From an uncultured delta proteobacterium (lineage in GTDB: Bacteria > Myxococcota > Kuafuiibacteriia > Kuafuiibacteriales > Kuafuiibacteriaceae), in contig CAWDML010000001.1 of the NCBI GenBank assembly GCA_963803435.1, positions 2,208,001-2,272,000 of the forward strand: a DNA stretch of 64,000 nt, in the 5' to 3' direction. This document shows positions 43,144-52,940 of this stretch, one piece after another (positions within the stretch are counted from its first letter, which is position 1; each line of letters begins with the position of its first letter). Below the pieces are notes generated by a model that saw nothing but the letters and a program-made list of their open reading frames with translations, was not told where the DNA came from and did no database searches. Both the position numbers and the translations under genes were made by a program.

Positions 43144-44169
43144 ATGCCGACCTACAACTACAAGTCCCGCGAGCTGATCGCGAAGATCGTGTATTACGGC
43201 CCGGGTCGCTGCGGCAAGACGACCAACCTGCAGCAGATCCACCAGCGGATGCGCCCCGAGACGCGCAGCGAGCTGCTCAGCGTCGCCACCGAGACAGACC
43301 GCACCATCTACTTCGACCTCCTCCCTCTCAACCTCGGCACCATCAGCGGGATGAAGTTCATGGTCCGGCTCTTCACGGTGCCGGGTCAGGTCTATTACGC
43401 CGAGACCCGGAAGCTGGTCCTCAAGGGGACGGACGGCGTGGTGTTCGTCGCCGACTCGCAGGATCACATGATGGACGAGAACCGGCAGTCGTTCCGCGAC
43501 CTGCAGGAGAACCTCACGGCGAACGGGCTCGATCACGAGACGATTCCGCTGGTGATGCAGTGGAACAAGCGGGACCTCCCGCACCTGATCTCGGAGGCCG
43601 AGCTCGACGCCACGCTGAACCTTCGCGCCGTCAAGGCGCTCTCCGCGGTCGCCTCGCAGGGCGAAGGCGTCCTGGAGACGCTCCGCTTCATCACACTCTC
43701 GGTCTTCAATCACATCAAGTCGGGTGGAAAGGCGAAGCGTCCGAACACTCAGACCGCGATGCCCACCTCCGGAAATGCAGGCCGCCCTGCGCCGCGTTCT
43801 GCCAGCGTCGGAAACGTGAAGCCCGGCACCTGGTCGGCGTCGCTCCCGAAGACCAGCTTCGATCGCACGGAGGAGTCCCCGGTTCCCCTGCCGCAAGCCA
43901 CGCCGCTTCAGCGCGCAACCACCACGCCGGGCGGGCCGCCGCTGACCACGGGTCCGCGCGCCGCGTCCATCGCAACGCGCTCGCAGCTCACCAAGGACGG
44001 CCCCAGGCCGGTGAAGATCACGTCCGATCTGGTGCTCGACGAGTTCAAGAATCTGGCGGTGATGCAGAGCCAGTTCGAGGAACGATTGACCGCGCTGGAA
44101 CACGAGATCTCGCGTCTGGGACGAGAGAATCAAGAGCTTCGTGAGCTTTTGATACGCCAGTCCCATTGA
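43144..44169 (+). CDS. MglA-family small GTPase with Pro-rich linker and C-terminal coiled coil
   Basis: KIVYYGPGRCGKTTNL, DRTIYFD, TVPGQ, GTDGVVFVADS, NKRDL. Confidence 0.88.
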   Translation: MPTYNYKSRELIAKIVYYGPGRCGKTTNLQQIHQRMRPETRSELLSVATETDRTIYFDLLPLNLGTISGMKFMVRLFTVPGQVYYAETRKLVLKGTDGVVFVADSQDHMMDENRQSFRDLQENLTANGLDHETIPLVMQWNKRDLPHLISEAELDATLNLRAVKALSAVASQGEGVLETLRFITLSVFNHIKSGGKAKRPNTQTAMPTSGNAGRPAPRSASVGNVKPGTWSASLPKTSFDRTEESPVPLPQATPLQRATTTPGGPPLTTGPRAASIATRSQLTKDGPRPVKITSDLVLDEFKNLAVMQSQFEERLTALEHEISRLGRENQELRELLIRQSH

Positions 44170-44314
44170 CGCGCAGATGCCCGTCGATCACGCCTCTGGA
44201 AAAATTGCAAGTCGGATTTCGGTTCGTCGCGCACTGTGATCGATCACGATCTGCGATCGCGATCGACCGGGGCGGGGCTGGTGGTCCGGCGGTCGTGTGC
44301 TATGCTGATTTTCG

Positions 44315-44623
44315 GTGACGCCGCCGATTCAAGAGGCGTTTGCAAAGTCCAGGGAGCGCGATTTGGGCGCCGAGGTCATCGATCTCGTCCACCTCCCGAC
44401 AGGCACCCGTCCCACGCCGATCGCCTATCTCGAGTACGACGACGTGGATCGCTGCCGCGAGATGGACTGCCTCTACTACAACCAGTGCCTCTCCTTCACG
44501 GCGCGCGTTCGCTGGCGCAGCTTCCATTGCCGCCAGTGCCCGCAGTACAAGATGATGCGCGGTGAGCTGGTCAACGAAGGCACCCGCGACCAGGGCCCTG
44601 CAGAGATCATCCAGCTCCGCTAA
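44315..44623 (+). CDS. Small Cys-rich protein
   Basis: C....C..Y..CL......W.SF.C..C; extended -10 TGCTATGCT just upstream. Confidence 0.6.
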   Translation: MTPPIQEAFAKSRERDLGAEVIDLVHLPTGTRPTPIAYLEYDDVDRCREMDCLYYNQCLSFTARVRWRSFHCRQCPQYKMMRGELVNEGTRDQGPAEIIQLR

Positions 44624-44645
44624 ACCGCTCGCCCCTCTCGTCGTC

Positions 44646-45131
44646 ATGCTCTTGCTCGCGTGTCCCATCGAGGCTCGCGCCGAGTCGGCGCTCCTGATCG
44701 GCTTCCACGCCGGCGGGGCCGTCGCCACCGGCGCTGGCGATCCAGCCCACGCCCTTTTCAAGGTGGGCGCCGGCGTCGACTGGCTGCACGAGAGCGGCGT
44801 CACCTTGCAATCGCGCCTCGAAACCACCCACCTGATCGACTCGACCTTCGCGCTCCTGGTGGGCTGGTCGTTCGCCGGTCTCCGCGGCGACACCGGTCTG
44901 CCGCTCGGTGTGTCCTTCGGCGGGGTGTGCTCACTGGACACCGACCTGGTCCCCCGTGCCGGTGGCCGGGCGCAGATCGCCCTTGGCCTGTGGTATAGCC
45001 GCGCCCTCCTCGAGCTCGACGTCACGGTTCGCAGACGGATCGACGATCGCGGCGATCCGGACGGCCGCGCGATCGAGACGATCGTGGGGCTCACGCTGCG
45101 GGTCGTCCCGTGGGCTCCCTTTCGTCTCTGA
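44646..45131 (+). CDS. Small exported/outer-membrane hypothetical protein
   Basis: Signal-like ..EARA; alternating beta strands. Confidence 0.5.
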   Translation: MLLLACPIEARAESALLIGFHAGGAVATGAGDPAHALFKVGAGVDWLHESGVTLQSRLETTHLIDSTFALLVGWSFAGLRGDTGLPLGVSFGGVCSLDTDLVPRAGGRAQIALGLWYSRALLELDVTVRRRIDDRGDPDGRAIETIVGLTLRVVPWAPFRL

Positions 45132-45155
45132 ACGTCTATATCCTACTCGAACACG

Positions 45156-46298
45156 ATGGAGCTGAACGACATCCTCGCCATCGCCATGAAGAGTGGAGCC
45201 TCCGATATCCACATGAAGGCGGGGCTGCCGGCCATGTTCAGGATCAACGGATCGCTCGTGCCGCTCAAGGACGGCAAGCGCACCGCGCCGGAAGACCTCT
45301 CACGCATGGCGCTCTCGATCATGAACAACTTCCAGCGCGAGCGCTTCAAGCAGTTCAACGAGCTCGACCTCGCGTACGGTGTTCCCGGCCTGGGCCGCTT
45401 CCGCGTCAACGTCTTTCAGCAGCGCGGCACCGTCGGCATCGTTCTTCGTGTCATCCCCTTCAAGGTGCGATCGCTCGACGAGCTCTCCCTGCCCCCGGTG
45501 CTGAAATCGATCGCGATGGAGGAGCGCGGGCTGATCCTCGTCACCGGAACGACCGGATCCGGCAAGTCGACCACGCTCGCCGGCCTGATCGACCACATCA
45601 ACACGCACAACACGGTCCACGTGATGACGATCGAGGATCCGATCGAGTTCCTGATCCGCGACAAGCGCTCGATCGTGAACCAGCGCGAGGTCGGCGTGGA
45701 CACGATGTCGTTCAGCCAGGCCCTCAAGTCGGCGCTGCGTCAGGATCCCGACGTGATCCTGGTTGGCGAGATGCGAGACGTGGAGACCATCGAGACCGCC
45801 CTGCTCGCCTCCGAGACCGGACACCTGGTGATGTCGACGCTGCACACGCTCGACGCGACCGAGACCATCTCACGCATCGTCTCGGTGTTCCCGCCCCATC
45901 AGCAGCGGCAGATCCGGCTCCAGCTCGGCGCGGTGCTGCGCGGCGTGATCTGCCAGCGGTTGGTCCCGACCAAGGACGGTAAGGGACGGTGCGCCGCCCT
46001 CGAGATCATGCGGTGCACCCCGCGAATCCGCGAGATGGTGGAGGACAAGGACCGGACCAAGGAGATCCAGGACGCGATCGCCGAGGGTCACATCAGCTAC
46101 GGGATGCAGACCTTCGACCAGGCTCTGATGCTCCACTTCACCGGAGGTCGCATCTCGTACGAGGAAGCGCTCCGTCAGGCGACCAACCCCAGCAACTTCG
46201 CGCTGCGGGTCCAGGGTGTCGCTTCGTCCTCGGACTCGAAGTGGGACAACTTCGAGGGCGCGCCCGGCTCCGGACCGCAGCCTGGACACTCAAGCTGA
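45156..46298 (+). CDS. pilT: Type IV pilus retraction ATPase, PilT/PilU paralog
   Basis: ASDIH, GTTGSGKSTT, TIEDPIE, LRQDPDVILVGEMRD, TGHLVMSTLH, GMQTFDQ. Confidence 0.9.
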   Translation: MELNDILAIAMKSGASDIHMKAGLPAMFRINGSLVPLKDGKRTAPEDLSRMALSIMNNFQRERFKQFNELDLAYGVPGLGRFRVNVFQQRGTVGIVLRVIPFKVRSLDELSLPPVLKSIAMEERGLILVTGTTGSGKSTTLAGLIDHINTHNTVHVMTIEDPIEFLIRDKRSIVNQREVGVDTMSFSQALKSALRQDPDVILVGEMRDVETIETALLASETGHLVMSTLHTLDATETISRIVSVFPPHQQRQIRLQLGAVLRGVICQRLVPTKDGKGRCAALEIMRCTPRIREMVEDKDRTKEIQDAIAEGHISYGMQTFDQALMLHFTGGRISYEEALRQATNPSNFALRVQGVASSSDSKWDNFEGAPGSGPQPGHSS

Positions 46299-46397
46299 GA
46301 CACGATTGATCCGATGAAATGTCGATGGCGGGCGCGGGCCGGCACGGTGTGATTGTCCCACACGGCCGTGAACTTTCGCCCGAGAGCGAGGGGCGCG

Positions 46398-48029
46398 ATG
46401 ATAGGCACCGACTGGACCTCTGAGCCCGTGTTGGAAACGCAGTTAAAGGTCAAGCGCCCGGGTCACTACGAAATCCTCCGCGTCGTCAACCGAGGCGGCA
46501 TGGGAGAGATCGCGCTCGGCCGCGTTCGGGGCACGAAGGGCTTCGAAAAGCTGGTCGTGCTGAAGCGCCTCCGCGCCGACGCCGAACGCGAGGACCACCT
46601 CGAGATGTTCGACGTCGAGCAAGAGGTGATGTCGAAGATCGAGCACCCGAACATCGTCAAGGTCTTCGACCAGCCGGTCATCGACGACACGCAGTACCTG
46701 GCGATGGAGTACGTCCGCGGTCGCAATCTCGACCAGGTCATCCGTCAGGCCAACATCACCGGGCAGACGCTCTCGCTCCGTTTTTCCTTGTCGGTGGTGT
46801 CCGAGGTGCTCCGCGGGCTGGCCTTCGTCCATCGCCTCAAGGACGGCGACGGCAACGCGCTCGGTGTCGTCCACCAGGACATGACGCCGAGCAACGTGAT
46901 GGTCTCGTTCTTCGGCGAGGTGAAGATCACCGACTTCGGGATCAGCTACGTCACCTCGCGCGACGGCGGACTTCGCAAGGGCGTCCTCAAGGGCAAGCCG
47001 CGCTACGTCGCGCCCGAGGTCCTCGCAGGCAAGCGCGTCAACAACCAGGCGGACATCTACGGCGTGGGCGTCGTCTTCTACGAGATGCTCACCGGCCGCG
47101 CCCTGTTTGCGCGGACGTCGGTCAAGGAGACGCTGGCGGCGGTCGCGCGGAACGAGCTTCCCAACTTCGGGGAGGAGTTCCCGAGCTACAGCCCCGGCGT
47201 CTGCCGGCTCCTCGAGCGCTCGCTCAAGAAAGATCCGCAGGATCGATATCGCACCGCCGAGGAGATGGCGGCCGAGGTGTTCGCAGAGCTGATGAAGCTG
47301 GCCGGCCCGCTGTCGCCGGCGACGATGGGCTATCAGCTCCGCGGCTTCTTCAAGGACGACCCCGACGTGCCCGAGGTCGACCCGGCGTACGAGGACGCGC
47401 TCGTGAAGAGCGGGACCATGCCCGACGCAAAGCCCTCCGAGGGCGTCGGGCTCAACCTCGAGGAGACGCTCGAGGAGCTCGATCGGTTGCTCGGACCCGA
47501 GAGCGTCGATCTCTTCACGCTGCCGCCCGAGCTCGAGAAGGAGCTGAAGGACATCCAGGAGGCGCACCCCTTCCTGGCCAAGACGCCGATCCCGGATTTC
47601 GTCTGGGATGTGAAGTCCGACGCGGAGCTGCTGGAGCGCGCGAGCAAGGAGCTGATCCGGGAGGCGCCGCCGCTCTTCGATGGACCCGAGCCGCCGCGTA
47701 TGCCGCCGCCGCTCGAGCCCAGCGGGCCCGACTTCCCGGACTTTGCCGCACCGCGCAAGCCACGTTCCGTATCGGGGCAGTATTCGATGACGAAAGCTGG
47801 CCCGGGGAACGTGGCGGACGAAGCCTCCGAGGACGGGACCGACCCTGCGAGCGCGGCCAACGGTGCGGCCCGGGCGCCGAAGCCGTTCTCGGACGAGGAG
47901 CGCTCGATCCCCCTCAACGTAGCCCTGGAGACCGGCGCGCTGCGACCGGATCGACTGTGGTTGGGGATCGTCATCGGCCTGACCCTCGGCCTCGCGATCG
48001 GGGTGGTCGTTCAGTACTTCCTTCGCTGA
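46398..48029 (+). CDS. Membrane-anchored Ser/Thr protein kinase
   Basis: GGMGEI, VLKR, HPNIV, HQDMTPSN, TDFG, YVAPE; C-terminal TM. Confidence 0.88.
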   Translation: MIGTDWTSEPVLETQLKVKRPGHYEILRVVNRGGMGEIALGRVRGTKGFEKLVVLKRLRADAEREDHLEMFDVEQEVMSKIEHPNIVKVFDQPVIDDTQYLAMEYVRGRNLDQVIRQANITGQTLSLRFSLSVVSEVLRGLAFVHRLKDGDGNALGVVHQDMTPSNVMVSFFGEVKITDFGISYVTSRDGGLRKGVLKGKPRYVAPEVLAGKRVNNQADIYGVGVVFYEMLTGRALFARTSVKETLAAVARNELPNFGEEFPSYSPGVCRLLERSLKKDPQDRYRTAEEMAAEVFAELMKLAGPLSPATMGYQLRGFFKDDPDVPEVDPAYEDALVKSGTMPDAKPSEGVGLNLEETLEELDRLLGPESVDLFTLPPELEKELKDIQEAHPFLAKTPIPDFVWDVKSDAELLERASKELIREAPPLFDGPEPPRMPPPLEPSGPDFPDFAAPRKPRSVSGQYSMTKAGPGNVADEASEDGTDPASAANGAARAPKPFSDEERSIPLNVALETGALRPDRLWLGIVIGLTLGLAIGVVVQYFLR

Positions 48030-48086
48030 CCTGGCCGTATGGGCAGGGTTGGCAGACCCCAGGATCACGGTATTGTGTTCCACTCG

Positions 48087-49235
48087 ATGGCACCCCCTCG
48101 ACGAGTTCTGGTCGTGGACGACGACGACGGCGTGCGGCGCTTCCTGAGCCGGCTCCTCACTCGCAACGGCTGGGAGGTCACGGATAGTAACAGCGCGAAG
48201 GGCGCCATCGCGGAGCTGGACGCCGGAGAGTTCGACGCGATCGTTGCGGACGTGTCCATGCCGGGCATGTCGGGCATCGAGCTGCTCCGCGCGGTGCGTT
48301 CTCGGGATCTGGAGCTACCCGTCATCCTGGTGACCGGCCAGCCGTCGCTCGAGACCGCCGCCGAGGCCGTCGACCACGGGGCGTTCAAGTACCTGATCAA
48401 GCCGGTCCACTCGGACGCGCTGGTCGCGGCCGTGGATCACGCCTCCAAGATGCGGCGCCTCGGAGTCGCCAAGCGCGAGGCGATGAAGATCGTGGGCGTC
48501 AGCTCGACGGCCGCCGACCGCGCCGGCCTGGAGGTCCAGCTCGACCGCGCGCTCGAGTCGCTCACCATCGTCTACCAGCCGATCATCTCCTCGCGGGACG
48601 GCGGGGTCTTCGCGTACGAGGCCCTGATGCGGAGCAGCGAGCCGGCGCTCCCCCACCCCGGCGCCGTGCTCGAGGCCGCGGAGCGCCTCGATCGGATCAT
48701 CGAGCTGGGCCGGGTCGTGCGAGCGCGGGCGGCGCAGCCGATGGCCGAGGCCGTCAACGGCGCGCTGCTGTTCGTGAACCTGCACCCGTCGGAGCTCCTC
48801 GACGACCGGCTCGCCGATGAGACCACGCCGCTCGGCCGCATCGCCTCGCGGGTGGTCCTCGAGATCACCGAGCGCGCCTCGCTGGAGTCCGTCGGCGACG
48901 TCTCGGCGCGGATCGGACGGCTGAGAGCGATCGGCTTCCGGATCGCCGTCGACGATCTGGGTGCCGGTTACGCTGGGCTCTCGACGTTCACGCAGGTGGA
49001 GCCCGAGTTCGTGAAGCTCGACATGTCCCTGGTTCGCGGCGTCTCGGACTCCGAGACCCGCCAGAAGGTCATCGGATCACTCTCGGCGCTCTGCCGCGAG
49101 CTGAAGATGGTGGTGGTCGCAGAGGGCGTCGAGACGGACCTCGAGCGAGACGCGCTGGTGACCCTCGAGTGCGATCTCCTGCAGGGATTCCGGTTCGCCC
49201 GCCCCGGCCCGCCGTTCCCGCGGGTGAGCTGGTAG
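48087..49235 (+). CDS. Receiver-EAL c-di-GMP phosphodiesterase
   Basis: VLVVDD..D..MP..KP; YQPI, YEALMR, LEITE, DDLGAGY, AEGVE, QGF. Confidence 0.9.
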   Translation: MAPPRRVLVVDDDDGVRRFLSRLLTRNGWEVTDSNSAKGAIAELDAGEFDAIVADVSMPGMSGIELLRAVRSRDLELPVILVTGQPSLETAAEAVDHGAFKYLIKPVHSDALVAAVDHASKMRRLGVAKREAMKIVGVSSTAADRAGLEVQLDRALESLTIVYQPIISSRDGGVFAYEALMRSSEPALPHPGAVLEAAERLDRIIELGRVVRARAAQPMAEAVNGALLFVNLHPSELLDDRLADETTPLGRIASRVVLEITERASLESVGDVSARIGRLRAIGFRIAVDDLGAGYAGLSTFTQVEPEFVKLDMSLVRGVSDSETRQKVIGSLSALCRELKMVVVAEGVETDLERDALVTLECDLLQGFRFARPGPPFPRVSW

Positions 49236-49240
49236 CGCTC

Positions 49241-49954
49241 CAGGAGCGTGTAGCGCGTAGCGCTACCGCGAGCCCGGTCCGGGTCCCGGTCCCGGTCCCG
49301 GTCCCGATGGCAATCATGCAGCCCGGCGTGCGTTCATCGGCCTCATCAAGTCGCGTGAGCATCTCGACAACGCGCTCGAGCTTGGCTCTGGCGGCGCTTG
49401 GACCTTCTGCTCGTTGGCGAGTCGGCGCCTCAAGCAGGTGTGGAGTGAGGCGGCGCTTTCGGTGCCAGAGCGAAGTGCCATCCGGTAGAAGCGAGCCTTC
49501 TCAGGTGGATTGAACTCTCCGGCGCCCTCGGCGGTGTTGTTCACGATGGAATCGGATGCCCGCCGAAGCTGATCGCGGACGTGAGCGTGACCGGGTTGAG
49601 CGAGAACTCGAGCCGAGAAGGCAAGAGCGCAGGCTGACCAGCTCGAACCATCCCCAGACCTGCAAACGCGCCACGGCAAGGCGGTCTACGCCCGCAGGAA
49701 GAGTATCGTCGAACCGGCGCTCGGACAGATCAAAGGGGCACGAGGATTCCGCCGGTTCTCGCTACGCTCCTTCTTCAAGGTACGAGCCGAGTGGACGCTC
49801 GTCTGCCTCACCCACAACCTGCTCAAGCTCTACCGATCGAAGCTCGCGACCGTCGCGAGCGTCTGACTCAAGGCAGCCATCTTCAGATCGGACCCGGACC
49901 GGGACCGGGACCCGGACCGGGGTCGCGTGAGCGCTTACGCGCTACACGCTCCTA
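49241..49954 (+). mobile_element. IS1182-family element, copy 2 (714 bp, MITE-like)
   Basis: Same TIR (left one degenerate), hexamer arrays, four-helix fragment and transposase 3' end, near-identical to copy 1. Confidence 0.9.
49314..49595 (-). pseudogene. Four-helix bundle (Avd/23S rRNA IVP-like) protein, 5'-truncated and frameshifted
   Basis: PGHAHVRDQLRRASDSIVNNTAEGAGEF..EKARFYRMALRSGTE matches Q..RA..SI..N.AEG..RF...A..S..E. Confidence 0.82.
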
Positions 49955-50629
49955 TTCGAGCTCGAACTTGATGACGACCTCGGTGAGGGACGGATCGAGC
50001 TCGCCGGCGTCCGCGCGCGACACCTTGTAGCGGCTGTGCTTGGCGAGGTCGCGCATCACCTTGACGAGCTCGCTTCGCGGCACGCGCCCGTAGATGGCGC
50101 CGTGCTGCACCTGATGCTGGCCGCCGTGGGCCTCGATGATCGCGACGGCCTGCGCCCGCGCTCGGGCGGGGCCGAGGCCGGGGGCGCGCACCACGAAGTG
50201 CGGGGTGAGATCGACCTGCTCGAGCGCGCCGGTGCCGCTGACCCCGACGCCGCCGGGCGTATCGCTCGAGCTCGACACCGTACCGATCGCCGCGAACGCC
50301 AGGATCGCGGCAGCCGCGATCGCGCCACCCAGGGCGACGCGTCCGAACGAGCCGCGCTCCGCGATCGGCGCCGGCTCGACCGCGCGGGCCTTCGACGCGA
50401 GCACCCGAGCGGCGAACCCCTCTGGCGCCGAGACCCTCGGCAGCGCCGACGCCGCCGCCAGCACCCGGCGGCGCGTCGCCTCGAGCGCGCGGCACGCCTC
50501 GCAGCCACGAAGGTGCTGCTCGAGCCACTCGGCGTCGCTCCCGTCGAGACGCCCCTCGCCTCGCTCCTCGTCGAGGCGCTCGTCGATGAGCCGCGCTGCA
50601 CGACCATGAGAAAAAGCGAAAACGTTCAT
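49952..50629 (-). CDS. Anti-sigma factor (zf-HC2)
   Basis: HLRGCEAC (HxxxCxxC) plus TM; directly downstream of the ECF sigma gene. Confidence 0.8.
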   Translation of the reverse strand: MNVFAFSHGRAARLIDERLDEERGEGRLDGSDAEWLEQHLRGCEACRALEATRRRVLAAASALPRVSAPEGFAARVLASKARAVEPAPIAERGSFGRVALGGAIAAAAILAFAAIGTVSSSSDTPGGVGVSGTGALEQVDLTPHFVVRAPGLGPARARAQAVAIIEAHGGQHQVQHGAIYGRVPRSELVKVMRDLAKHSRYKVSRADAGELDPSLTEVVIKFELE

Positions 50630-51255
50630 TTGAAGATCCTTTCGAGCCGAGTGGCGAGCGCGGAGCGGCCTCGATGAATCCGACTCTTCACGGTGCCGAT
50701 CGGCAGCCCCGTGATCTCGGAGATCTCTTCGTACGAGAGATCCTCGACGTCGCGCAGCACCACCACCACGCGGTGCTCCTCGCCCAGCGTCGCGATCGCC
50801 TGCTGAACCAGGGCGGCGGTCTGGTCGCCTTCGATCAACGCGTCCGGGCGGCGATCACCACCGTCGTCGATCCGCATCATTCGCTCGTCGCTCAGCTCGT
50901 CGATCGAGCGGCGCATGGATCGACCCCGGCGCTCCAGGTACTTGATCCGGTTGAGCGACTGATTCTTCGCGATCCGAAACAGCCAAGTAGTGAACGCGCT
51001 CTCCCCGCGAAAGGTATCGGCGTTCTTGTACACGGTGAGGAAGACGTCCTGCGCCACGTCCTCCGCCTCCGCGGGATCGCCGAGGAGCCGGAGACAGAAC
51101 GCGTAGACCCGGTGCTGATGCCGGACCACCAGCGTTTCGAAGGCCGCGTCCTCTCCCTTGGCGACCCGCGCACACAGGGTTCGATCGTCCGCCTCCACCG
51201 TCGACACGAGCACCGGCCGCAGCGGCTCTCCCTCGACGGTGCGAGACTTCGACAT
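50626..51255 (-). CDS. ECF RNA polymerase sigma factor (RpoE-like)
   Basis: AEDVAQDVF, F.TWLFRIA.N, LSYEEISEI...PIGTVKSRIHRGR. Confidence 0.92.
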   Translation of the reverse strand: MSKSRTVEGEPLRPVLVSTVEADDRTLCARVAKGEDAAFETLVVRHQHRVYAFCLRLLGDPAEAEDVAQDVFLTVYKNADTFRGESAFTTWLFRIAKNQSLNRIKYLERRGRSMRRSIDELSDERMMRIDDGGDRRPDALIEGDQTAALVQQAIATLGEEHRVVVVLRDVEDLSYEEISEITGLPIGTVKSRIHRGRSALATRLERIFK

Positions 51256-51333
51256 GGCGGCTCGCACAGGGTACCGGACAACGGGCGGCCGGCGAGAGTT
51301 CCCGCGAAGTGACCGGAGTCTAAGTGGTCGAAA

Positions 51334-52890
51334 TCAGGGACCGCACACGTACTCGACGAGCGTCCTGACCCCGAACCCGGTGCCGCCCTTCGGGACGTAG
51401 GCCCCCTCCTTGGTGGAGAGGACCGGGCCGGCGATGTCGAGGTGGGCCCACTTGGTCCCCACTTCGACGAACTCCTGGAGGAAGAGCGCGGCGGTGATGG
51501 CGCCGCCGTAGCGCTCGCCGATGTTCTTCAGGTCTGCCACGTCGCTCTTGAGCTGCTCGCGAAGATCCTGTTCGAGCGGCATCCGCCAGAACCGCTCACC
51601 GCTGCGCTTCCACGCCGCCTCGAGCTTGGCGGCGAGCTCCTCGTCGTTGATGAAGGCGCCGGCGACGCCACGCCCGAGCGCGACCATACAGGCGCCGGTG
51701 AGCGTGGCCAGGTCGATCAGCTCGGTGGGCTTGAGCTCCTGCGCATACGCGAGGACATCGGCGAGGACCAGCCGGCCCTCCGCGTCCGTGTTGAGCACCT
51801 CGACCGTGAGACCCTTCTTGGAGCGGATGATGTCGCCCGGCCGGATCGCGCCGCCGTCGGGCATGTTCTCGGCGGCGCCGATGATGCCGTGGACGACGCA
51901 GTCGGGCTTGATCAGCGAGATGCTGTGGAGCGCGCCGATCACGGCGGCACCGCCACCCATGTCGACCTTCATCTCCATCATGCCCTCGCTGCTCTTGAGC
52001 GAGAGCCCGCCGGCGTCGAACGTGATCCCTTTCCCGGCCAGTACCAGCACCCGTGCGTCCTTCTCCACCTCGGGCGGTTGATACGTGAGATGGATCAGCC
52101 GGGGCTCGTTCTTGCTCCCCCGGCCGACGCCGAGGTGCAGGTTCATCCCCTGCCGCTCGAGATCGCGCGCGTTGAGGATCTTGATCTGGAGCTCGTCGCT
52201 CTTCGCCATCCGGCGCGCGCGGTCGGCCAGCTCGAGCGGGGAGAGGATGTTCGGCGGTGCGTTGACGAGATCGCGGGCAATCGCGACCCCGGCGGCCACG
52301 TTCTGTCCCCGGACCAAGGCAGCGCGAAGATCGGCGCCCTTCAGGCCGCGGACGTCCTCGGCCTGGAACGCGACGCGAAGCTCCTTGAGCGACGGAACCT
52401 TGACCTCGCGGGTGCGATAATCATCGTAGGAGTACGCACCGAGCTCGGCACCTTCGGTGAGCGCACGGATCAGATCGAGGACCGGCTCGGGTGCCTCCGC
52501 CTCGTAGGAGATCGACAGCTGGATCGTCGCCGAGCGGGCGCCGACCCTCTGTGCGGTCCGCGACATCTGACCGCCGTAGCGCCGCAGCGACTCGGGCGAG
52601 AACGAGTCTTTTTCTCCGAATCCGAAGACCAAGATGCGCTTCGCAGGGATCTGGCCCCCGGCGTTGAAGACCAGCGTCTGACCGGAGCTGCCCTTGAACT
52701 CCTCCTCCCGACAGGCGCGCTCGAGGGCCCCCTCCAGCGCACGATTGAGATCGGAGAAGGCCAGTCCGCGGTCGGGCTCATCGGAGAAGACGCCGATCGC
52801 GATGAGGTCGGTGGGCGCTTCGCGCAGCTCGTCGGTATAGAGCGTGACCCGCACCGGCGTCGTTATCCTCCGGCCTGAAAACGCTGACAA
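51334..52890 (-). CDS. pepA: Leucyl aminopeptidase (M17)
   Basis: GKGITFDAGG, MKVDMGG, NTDAEGRL, ATLTGA, WAHLDIAG. Confidence 0.93.
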   Translation of the reverse strand: MSAFSGRRITTPVRVTLYTDELREAPTDLIAIGVFSDEPDRGLAFSDLNRALEGALERACREEEFKGSSGQTLVFNAGGQIPAKRILVFGFGEKDSFSPESLRRYGGQMSRTAQRVGARSATIQLSISYEAEAPEPVLDLIRALTEGAELGAYSYDDYRTREVKVPSLKELRVAFQAEDVRGLKGADLRAALVRGQNVAAGVAIARDLVNAPPNILSPLELADRARRMAKSDELQIKILNARDLERQGMNLHLGVGRGSKNEPRLIHLTYQPPEVEKDARVLVLAGKGITFDAGGLSLKSSEGMMEMKVDMGGGAAVIGALHSISLIKPDCVVHGIIGAAENMPDGGAIRPGDIIRSKKGLTVEVLNTDAEGRLVLADVLAYAQELKPTELIDLATLTGACMVALGRGVAGAFINDEELAAKLEAAWKRSGERFWRMPLEQDLREQLKSDVADLKNIGERYGGAITAALFLQEFVEVGTKWAHLDIAGPVLSTKEGAYVPKGGTGFGVRTLVEYVCGP

Positions 52891-52940
52891 GAGGCACGAG
52901 TTGCGGCCAAAACGAGCCCGCTGCTACCATCTCCGACATC

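Noticed and set aside
41536-44169. 877-aa fusion of a hypothetical domain to MglA
   Set aside because: The middle of the ORF is an out-of-frame read-through after the shift at about 42465; the MglA gene has its own ATG and promoter-like sequence
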